Shown piece by piece: positions 47,213 through 53,607 of a stretch of DNA of 53,607 nucleotides. Each line of letters begins with the position of its first letter. Positions within the stretch are counted from its first letter, which is position 1. A program made the translations under genes and the position numbers. The notes under the pieces were generated by a model. That model was not told the DNA's origin and searched no databases. It saw only the letters and a list, made by a program, of their open reading frames with translations. The stretch is from the IMG/VR virus record IMGVR_UViG_3300028557_000049, positions 1 through 53,607 of that record. One strand, 5' to 3'. The stretch comes from a virus. Its lineage: Duplodnaviria > Caudoviricetes.

Positions 47213-48295
47213 ATGTTCATTAAACTCTACGCTGACCTTAAACTTTCGTTTTTTAAAGAATTCTTTAAGCTTGATAAATCAAAAAAAATGATACATTTAT
47301 TCAAGGTTAGAAAGGGTTATGCTGGTGAATATGTTGGACTTGGTGTATCTAGTGACTTGACCAATCAATATCTTCAAGAATTCGGTTTTAATTCTAAATC
47401 ATTTGGCGTAGTTGATGATAATAAGATTGATAAAATACTCCATGATGAGCGTCCAGATTTCTTAATCATCAAGGCATTCTGGGTTAGAAAAGATAAGATA
47501 GAATTATTGGCCAAGAAATATACCAAGACCAAATTTATCATTGTATCGCACTCTAAGCCAACGTTCTTAGCAACTGAAAATAAAGGCTTTGAAAGATTGT
47601 TTGAGGTTCTTGAATTAGCCAACAGATTAGATAATGTATTTCTTGGTTTAAATAACTTAGATTTCTATAATAACTTTGAATTTCTATCTAGAAATGTTGT
47701 TTATGTGCCTAATATCATTCTACCAGAAAATTTCTCCAATAACAAGACCAAAGATGATGTAATTAAGATTGGGTTATTTTGTGCCATTAGACCAATGAAA
47801 AATATACTTAATAGCGCAGTTGCAGCTATTTCAGCTGCTGATATGCTTGGTAAGAAGCTTGAGCTATATGTTATAACCGATAGAGTTGAAATGGGTGGTG
47901 ATATTACACTTAAAAACCTACGTGAGTTATTTGTAAACTTAAACCCAGAATTATTTGAATTGATTGAACTTGGTTGGATGACCCACCCAGAATTTAACGA
48001 ACAAATAAGACACATGGATATTGGTCTGCAAGTTTCATTTACGGAAACACTTAATATTGTAGCTATCGACTTCCTTAATAATAATGTACCAGTCATTACA
48101 GCACCATCAATCAATTGGTCAGCAAAGTTGGCTCAAGCTAATCCAGATGATATCGAAGATATTAAAGCTAAGATAATCTTACATTATAATAATTATTTAG
48201 TTTCTACGATGTCTCAAGGAGTTTCTTATTTGAATCTTATAAATTATAATATTCAAGGTGCTAAACAATATAATAATATATTGAATAAATTATAA
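47213..48295 (+). CDS. GT-B glycosyltransferase (GT4-like)
   Basis: CAIRPMKN, MDIGLQVSFTETLNIVA.D; ATATTTAT at 47190. Confidence 0.75.
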   Translation: MFIKLYADLKLSFFKEFFKLDKSKKMIHLFKVRKGYAGEYVGLGVSSDLTNQYLQEFGFNSKSFGVVDDNKIDKILHDERPDFLIIKAFWVRKDKIELLAKKYTKTKFIIVSHSKPTFLATENKGFERLFEVLELANRLDNVFLGLNNLDFYNNFEFLSRNVVYVPNIILPENFSNNKTKDDVIKIGLFCAIRPMKNILNSAVAAISAADMLGKKLELYVITDRVEMGGDITLKNLRELFVNLNPELFELIELGWMTHPEFNEQIRHMDIGLQVSFTETLNIVAIDFLNNNVPVITAPSINWSAKLAQANPDDIEDIKAKIILHYNNYLVSTMSQGVSYLNLINYNIQGAKQYNNILNKL

Positions 48296-48301
48296 TAAAT
48301 A

Positions 48302-48469
48302 TTATTTTTTATATTTATTAATGTAAAATATTATAATGCTAACGATAATAGCTAAAGTAATTAGCTTTATAGCCCAAGCAATAATATAAAAACTAATAAG
48401 CATTAACTTAAATGTTATTAGTATGAAAACTACAAGTAATAATATAAATCCAAATTTAAAATAATCCAT
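48302..48469 (-). CDS. small hydrophobic protein
   Basis: Read by hand; MDYFKFGFILLLVV... Confidence 0.45.
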   Translation of the reverse strand: MDYFKFGFILLLVVFILITFKLMLISFYIIAWAIKLITLAIIVSIIIFYINKYKK

Positions 48470-48472
48470 ATA

Positions 48473-48829
48473 CTATTTTTTTTTCCAATTTCTATCATGG
48501 TAACGTGCCTTATACGTTCCTAATTCAAAATGACCATTAAATAATATAATCTCTAAGGCTAGTGGTAACTCGCCAAATAAAATATCCCATTCAGCCTTTT
48601 GTTCTGAAGAATATTCTATCAAGGTATCATGTGTTAATGGGTCAATATCAGTTGGCTTACCATTTAATATCAAATCAATAGCCTCATAAATGTTGTTGCT
48701 ACCGAAGACTGGTGCAATTGAATCACCCTCATCTGCCGTACTAACGATAACGTTATTATCAGTTCTCCAACTTAAATTCTTTAATAAAGAAATATGCTCT
48801 TTCTTTAACTCAAATACTATCGCACTCAT
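48473..48829 (-). CDS. hypothetical protein
   Basis: FELKKEHISLL...ELPLALEIIL..G.FELG.Y. Confidence 0.65.
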   Translation of the reverse strand: MSAIVFELKKEHISLLKNLSWRTDNNVIVSTADEGDSIAPVFGSNNIYEAIDLILNGKPTDIDPLTHDTLIEYSSEQKAEWDILFGELPLALEIILFNGHFELGTYKARYHDRNWKKK

Positions 48830-48832
48830 ATT

Positions 48833-49060
48833 TTATTTTTGTTTAAAATCTGTTATTAATTCGTTTACAATATCAGCTAAACCATCAACAGCATCCTTCC
48901 GAATATAGTTCACCTTAACATCATAATTATCCAAGTAATTGACAGGATTAGGGTCTATGTAATAAATATCACATTTTAGATTATAATTCTTAACCTCAAG
49001 TACAATACCTGAAGCTTTATCAAGCCCAGCTCCACTAAATACCACTATTTTCTTTTTTAT
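48833..49060 (-). pseudogene. internally deleted Sir2/CobB-like gene
   Basis: KKKIVVFSGAGLDKASGI (Sir2 start) fused to IYYIDPNP...IRKDAVDGL (Sir2-like end); start codon is ATA. Confidence 0.6.
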
Positions 49061-49359
49061 TTGTTATTACCTCCAAGTATTCTTGCTATTAAACGAAATA
49101 TATAAAATAAGCCACCAACAAATCCAAAGTCATACCAAGCACCGTTATTATTTACAGCGTAAATACTAATACTATCATCAAATAGGCTACCAATAAATGA
49201 AAAACCACTTATTAATCCATGCCATGTTCCATACCAGAAACCCAAAACTGGTTCTGTTGGTTCAATACATGCTTGCACATCAATTGAATCTGCACAACCA
49301 GACATTATCATTGTTGCGATTACTAGTATCGCCAGTAAGGGTAATAGATTCCTTTTCAT
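49057..49359 (-). CDS. lipoprotein/membrane protein
   Basis: Lipobox MSG-C; GFWYG.WHG...IY..NNNG.WYDFGF. Confidence 0.7.
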   Translation of the reverse strand: MKRNLLPLLAILVIATMIMSGCADSIDVQACIEPTEPVLGFWYGTWHGLISGFSFIGSLFDDSISIYAVNNNGAWYDFGFVGGLFYIFRLIARILGGNNK

Positions 49360-49369
49360 ATTAGTTTTT

Positions 49370-49804
49370 TTATAACTTATTCTTAGTTTTTAATAATTCT
49401 AACACACCAGCCCAATCTTCTTCACCTGAAAACCCCGATTTATCTTCAAAAAGGACCGACATATATGGCTTCGTATCATAACAACCATAACCTGTAATAT
49501 CTGTAACGACCTCTGGGTTCTCATTAATATACTCAAAATGAATACCATGGTCCTCAAATAATTGCAAGTACTCTTTTCTTTCATGTGGATGTGAACAAGT
49601 ATAAAGTATCATACAGATTTCTGGCATCTGAGTCATCAATTGTAGAGCCTCTACTGAATATGGATAGAAATCCTTTGGCGTATTACCATATTGATAATTT
49701 GGCCTTAAGATTGTTCCGTGGATATCAAAAAAGAAATAACCCTTAACCCAACCACGCTTCTCCTTATCCTCGTAAAATTTATTTATTGCTCTTATTATTG
49801 ACAT
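49370..49804 (-). CDS. HAD-like hydrolase
   Basis: FDIHGT, LYTCS, NENPE, KPY...EDK. Confidence 0.75.
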   Translation of the reverse strand: MSIIRAINKFYEDKEKRGWVKGYFFFDIHGTILRPNYQYGNTPKDFYPYSVEALQLMTQMPEICMILYTCSHPHERKEYLQLFEDHGIHFEYINENPEVVTDITGYGCYDTKPYMSVLFEDKSGFSGEEDWAGVLELLKTKNKL

Positions 49805-49806
49805 AC

Positions 49807-50442
49807 TTATTGTTTATCGTTAAAGATACTTGAAAATGTTGACTCTGGTAACGTATAATAAGATTTTTTGTAATCAAAACAAACAACTGAACCAAATTTA
49901 TTAATATTGGTTATGTACCATTTCTTTAAATCCCTTACTCTTACATTTATATAACCATCATTGGCAACCCCAAGACTAACAACCTCATTGAGGTCACCCA
50001 ATTTTCTTAGAACTTCTCGCTTTATCTTTTTCTTAGCTAGACCCTTACAACTAATACAATAGATAAATGAATCACCAAATTCTTTTGACATATCCATATC
50101 ATCAATAACAACCCAATCAATATCATTCTTAAATGCATGTGTTGCTAGCCATGCATTTATATCTGCGGCCCGATTATGTATCCCACCATTTGAAGACGGT
50201 ATGTAACCTATTGGACCCTTAGATACCTTAAAGTGCTTGAAGATGTCACGCATCTCTGATAAGGTATAATCATACCTCCAATCAGAAGTAATTATTATCT
50301 CAGCATCTGTTGCTGATAGTATTTCATTTAAGGCTTCTACCGCTAATGGGTCAAAATCTGACGCATCCCACTCATTCGTAGACATACCATTTCCATTGGA
50401 AAGGCATAGGACACCATCTAGGTCAAGGAATATTATCTTCAT
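49807..50442 (-). CDS. HAD-domain protein (Swiss-Army-knife RNA-repair type)
   Basis: IFLDLDGVL, ITSDWR, VVIDD. Confidence 0.8.
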   Translation of the reverse strand: MKIIFLDLDGVLCLSNGNGMSTNEWDASDFDPLAVEALNEILSATDAEIIITSDWRYDYTLSEMRDIFKHFKVSKGPIGYIPSSNGGIHNRAADINAWLATHAFKNDIDWVVIDDMDMSKEFGDSFIYCISCKGLAKKKIKREVLRKLGDLNEVVSLGVANDGYINVRVRDLKKWYITNINKFGSVVCFDYKKSYYTLPESTFSSIFNDKQ

Positions 50443-50583
50443 AAAACAAAGGTACTAATATTTTTCTAGAAAAACAACTATCATTGAAGAATATATTCTA
50501 TTGGTGAGTATAAATCTTCCAACCCTATTACAAATGAGACAATAATAATATAAATACCAATTTTTAATTATTCTAATTTATTA

Positions 50584-50841
50584 TTAATCTCTATCAACAC
50601 CCCAATAATTATTTCTGGCCGATAATAACTCTTTTTTATCTACCTTATCGGCTAAATTACTAATTATTTCTTTTGCGTTATCTGCTACCATACTATTATA
50701 CATAATAGAAGTTTGATAAAATTCACCACTAAGATAATTTTTAAATTCACCTTTCTTAAGCGTTATCAGAACCACCCTATCAGCTTTAAATATAGCATAC
50801 ATCAATACTATTTTATCATATATACGTTTAACCATAATCAA
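50584..50841 (-). CDS. hypothetical protein
   Basis: ORF. Confidence 0.5.
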   Translation of the reverse strand: MIMVKRIYDKIVLMYAIFKADRVVLITLKKGEFKNYLSGEFYQTSIMYNSMVADNAKEIISNLADKVDKKELLSARNNYWGVDRD

Positions 50842-50886
50842 CTTTTTTTATTTAATTCACAATGTAATAATTACAAAGATACTATT

Positions 50887-51540
50887 TTATTTTTTTTTTA
50901 CTTCACTAAGCCTTAACCAATGATAACCACCAGCTGTTTTTTGTCTACCAGACAAACAACTTTGTATATCACCCTTACCCAACCATCGTTTAGCATCATT
51001 TATACTTTTAAAAACTTCACCAGTTTCAACACATTTTATAATTGAATAGACTCTTTTTTCTAGATTAAATTTTTTAGTTTTAAGTTTGTGTTCATCACTT
51101 TGTTTTTTACCCTTATGTGCAACCCGTAACTTTTCTTTAGTTTCATTTGAGTGGTTGTATTCACCAACCTGTCGATAAATTCTATTCTCCCTAGATTTCA
51201 TTTGTTTTGAACGATATTCTTCATTTAACCATAATTCGGTAACTTTCTTTATAATGTTTTCTTTATTGGAAGTAAGACCACCATCACCACCATTTGTTAT
51301 ATTATAACCGATTCTTACATCTGTGGCGTTTAATTTTTCAATCCAATAGATTTCTTTATTGTTAAGTTCAAGTTTAGTTGAACAAACCTCTAAAATTTCT
51401 TTTTTAAAGTTTTTAACGCCATGTTTACTTATCGCTCGTTTAATTAATAAACCAGAACCAAAATAATTATCGTTATTATTAGAGTCTTGCCCTACATAAA
51501 TTTTACCATTAACTAAATTTGTTGTTTTATATATAATCAT
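50887..51540 (-). CDS. GIY-YIG (Seg-like) homing endonuclease with NUMOD3/NUMOD1 motifs
   Basis: IYKTTNLVNGKIYVG, YFGSG, GYNIT.GG, HSNETKEKL, KTAGGYHW; ATATTTAT at 51555-51562. Confidence 0.9.
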   Translation of the reverse strand: MIIYKTTNLVNGKIYVGQDSNNNDNYFGSGLLIKRAISKHGVKNFKKEILEVCSTKLELNNKEIYWIEKLNATDVRIGYNITNGGDGGLTSNKENIIKKVTELWLNEEYRSKQMKSRENRIYRQVGEYNHSNETKEKLRVAHKGKKQSDEHKLKTKKFNLEKRVYSIIKCVETGEVFKSINDAKRWLGKGDIQSCLSGRQKTAGGYHWLRLSEVKKK

Positions 51541-51622
51541 ATCTGTTGTTTTATATAAATATAAAACAACCATATAAAAAGACAACAATTGGGTTAAAAC
51601 TAATTTATAATCTAAAAATATT

Positions 51623-52072
51623 TTAAGGTACGTAGTTAACTATCGTTACATACTCACCTCGCATCTCTTCCTCAATGATTCGTTCAATAACATTCCAATC
51701 CCCACCAGCCCTTAGACTCCCGATTTTCGGTAAGCCAAATGTTTTTCCACTAAACTTTTCCTTCATTAATTTAAGTGATGAACGCAAGGCATCATAATCT
51801 AGGTCCATTTTACCAACATTCCTACCAGTAAAATTATACATCCCGTACAAGTTTACAACCACAGGCTTGGTGCCTGTAGTATAGCTTATTGTACCTAGTT
51901 TGGCTATGTCACCCTTCTTGGTGGCTAGGTCAACAGTATAAGCTTCTGGAAACTTAGCCTTAATTTGGGGGGCAATGCCTGAACCCATTGTACAAAAACA
52001 GTTTGCGCATTGCGCTATAACATCAAAATCATCGGACATTTTCAATAAATCTCCATCTACATATTTAATCAT
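51623..52072 (-). CDS. macrodomain protein (ADP-ribose hydrolase)
   Basis: GDLL, ANCFCTMGSGIA..IK.KFP, PKIG...AGGDW. Confidence 0.9.
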   Translation of the reverse strand: MIKYVDGDLLKMSDDFDVIAQCANCFCTMGSGIAPQIKAKFPEAYTVDLATKKGDIAKLGTISYTTGTKPVVVNLYGMYNFTGRNVGKMDLDYDALRSSLKLMKEKFSGKTFGLPKIGSLRAGGDWNVIERIIEEEMRGEYVTIVNYVP

Positions 52073-52087
52073 AATCTTTTTTTTTTA

Positions 52088-52513
52088 TTAATATCTCATT
52101 TGAAACATAGCCAATCTAATGTATTGGTCTGAATCACAGAACATATCTGCTGGTAGGTCCTTGATTGGTACCCAATTCCACCCCTCACATTTCTCTGGTT
52201 CTAGGTTTTTAACCTCCAACAACTCAGAATTTACTCGTTCACCCACAAAAAAAAGCGTTATATAGTGCTTCTTAACGCCATTATATTCGAAGATATCTTC
52301 AGAATGGTCAACCTTATGGTAAGGCCCATCAATCTTAAGACCAGTTTCTTCTAGTAGTTCCCTACGGCAACAATCTTGACAAGATTCACCGAATTCTAAG
52401 TGACCACCAGGTAGGGCCAATAACCCAGCACCATGACTACCCTTACGTTTTCCAACAAGAACTCTATCCTGTTTATCTATGAGTATAACACTCAACCCTA
52501 CCTTAACATCCAT
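52088..52513 (-). CDS. NUDIX hydrolase (NUDT15-like)
   Basis: KRKGSHG.G, PGGHLEFGE...RELLEETG, EPEKCEGW.W. Confidence 0.9.
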   Translation of the reverse strand: MDVKVGLSVILIDKQDRVLVGKRKGSHGAGLLALPGGHLEFGESCQDCCRRELLEETGLKIDGPYHKVDHSEDIFEYNGVKKHYITLFFVGERVNSELLEVKNLEPEKCEGWNWVPIKDLPADMFCDSDQYIRLAMFQMRY

Positions 52514-52525
52514 ATTAATACATTT

Positions 52526-52840
52526 TTATAGTACAACCAAGAAGAAATCACCCTTACGTCCTACGATTGGTTCAGCTTGGATATCTTCAAAAGATAAATC
52601 ATGGGCATTTGGATTATTATAGTATACTCCACCTTCTAAATAATCTGATAATGGTTCTAAACAGTCGCCACTTGGGTTGATATGGTCTTCTGTAAGAATT
52701 TCAATTAAAGAAATGGTTTCAGTTTGCTCACCATCTCCAATCATAACTTGAACTGATTCAGATAGAATATCTTCTGATTGTTCGTTTAGAAAATCACGCA
52801 AGTCTCTATACGTTTTTATTTTGATTTCTTTTAAATTCAT
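52526..52840 (-). CDS. acidic hypothetical protein
   Basis: ORF. Confidence 0.6.
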   Translation of the reverse strand: MNLKEIKIKTYRDLRDFLNEQSEDILSESVQVMIGDGEQTETISLIEILTEDHINPSGDCLEPLSDYLEGGVYYNNPNAHDLSFEDIQAEPIVGRKGDFFLVVL

Positions 52841-52850
52841 CTTTTTTTGT

Positions 52851-53330
52851 TTAACTATTTTCGATTATTATTTTATCACGAACTCGCATCAATGTAATAC
52901 CAAGCCAGTTTGTTCCTTTCCAAGTAGCTCTATCCCACGCTAATGGGTCAGATTCACGTAAACCGATACCCCAAATACTATCTTCTGGACTGGCCTCAAC
53001 AATCTCAAATTCATCATTTAATAGTTCAAGACGCATATCAGCATTTTGAGTAAACTTGGCATAATTAGCATCAAATACAATCTTACGACAATGAGCTTCC
53101 CAGAGTTCTTTATTGAAGCCCTTAACCTCACGACCAAAAGCCTTTTGAGACCTCGGATTATCCGTACCCATTATCTTAGCGTATGCTACTAAGTCATTAA
53201 ACATAAGAGCCTTCTTAGCCATCATATATTGTTCGCATGAGGTGTATTTTACACCATCAATTACGAAAACCGAAGGACACCATTGGCTGTAGGTTCCACC
53301 CCAAAAAAAAGAAAATCCGTTCTTAACCAT
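52851..53330 (-). CDS. NADAR (YbiA-like) protein
   Basis: FFWG...SQW, EQYMMAKKA, GREVKGF, KFTQN, VEASPED.IWGIG, GTNWLG..LM.VR. Confidence 0.92.
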   Translation of the reverse strand: MVKNGFSFFWGGTYSQWCPSVFVIDGVKYTSCEQYMMAKKALMFNDLVAYAKIMGTDNPRSQKAFGREVKGFNKELWEAHCRKIVFDANYAKFTQNADMRLELLNDEFEIVEASPEDSIWGIGLRESDPLAWDRATWKGTNWLGITLMRVRDKIIIENS

Positions 53331-53607
53331 TATTATCGTTTTTTTCGTCAAGTATTTGTTCTAACTCGTTAAAGATTTTATTATTTCGTTTATTGGCAAT
53401 CTTATCTAACACACTATTAAACTTATTTGATATTAAATTTGGTAACCAAAAATAAAATAATTCAGTAAGCTCTCGATTATGGTCCTTTAAATTTGGTATA
53501 AGGTCATTATAATCAAAATCCTTACTATAATTATTTCTAATATACTTGTCTTTTAATTTTTGTTTTATTTGTAAAACACTATAACCATCCTTAAGGAAGC
53601 GATTAAC
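53323..53607 (-). CDS. partial hypothetical protein running off the window edge
   Basis: Open frame VNRFLKDGYSV...ELEQILDEK. Confidence 0.5.
   Translation of the reverse strand, partial: VNRFLKDGYSVLQIKQKLKDKYIRNNYSKDFDYNDLIPNLKDHNRELTELFYFWLPNLISNKFNSVLDKIANKRNNKIFNELEQILDEKNDNNG

Noticed and set aside
50842-50886. Possible stranded macrodomain C-terminus (...IVN) downstream of the GIY-YIG gene
   Set aside because: Only 3-4 codons of similarity in AT-rich DNA overlapping a promoter box; not distinguishable from chance
2060-50916. Many short plus-strand ORFs in the track (e.g. 2060..2290, 3226..3528, 23803..24096, 39148..39447, 46677..46970)
   Set aside because: They are antisense shadows of well-supported minus-strand genes, with no motifs or promoters
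1-53607. Stop-codon reassignment, as seen in some large Bacteroidetes phages
   Set aside because: Long conserved genes are uninterrupted in the standard code, and TAG and TGA both end genes at sensible positions

Overview
AT-rich, gene-dense segment of a large (jumbo-type) dsDNA phage that very probably infects a Bacteroidetes host. More than 30 intergenic spacers carry the Bacteroidetes housekeeping promoter TTTG-N20-TAnnTTTG, and I see no consistent Shine-Dalgarno motifs. Nearly all genes are on the minus strand and the code is standard. Positions 1-23 kb are an array of small, individually promoted early/accessory genes. They include a ~0.75 kb non-coding island with three plus-strand promoters and a candidate structured RNA, and an IS607-type element whose tnpA and tnpB are separated by a cassette of four secreted/lipoprotein genes. 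Positions 23-53 kb encode host-like functions: sigma70, SmpB, RNase R, IF3, a tRNA-binding protein, PRPP synthetase, RNA-end-processing enzymes, a T5 A1-like protein, a split MTase/nuclease/helicase system and ADP-ribose erasers. Six mobile nucleases are present, all behind a second promoter-like motif (ATATTTAT). Two of them carry a replacement piece of the gene they interrupted (infC C-terminus, gp88-like N-terminus) and leave the original piece stranded. All family calls come from recognising motifs by eye; no database searches were run.
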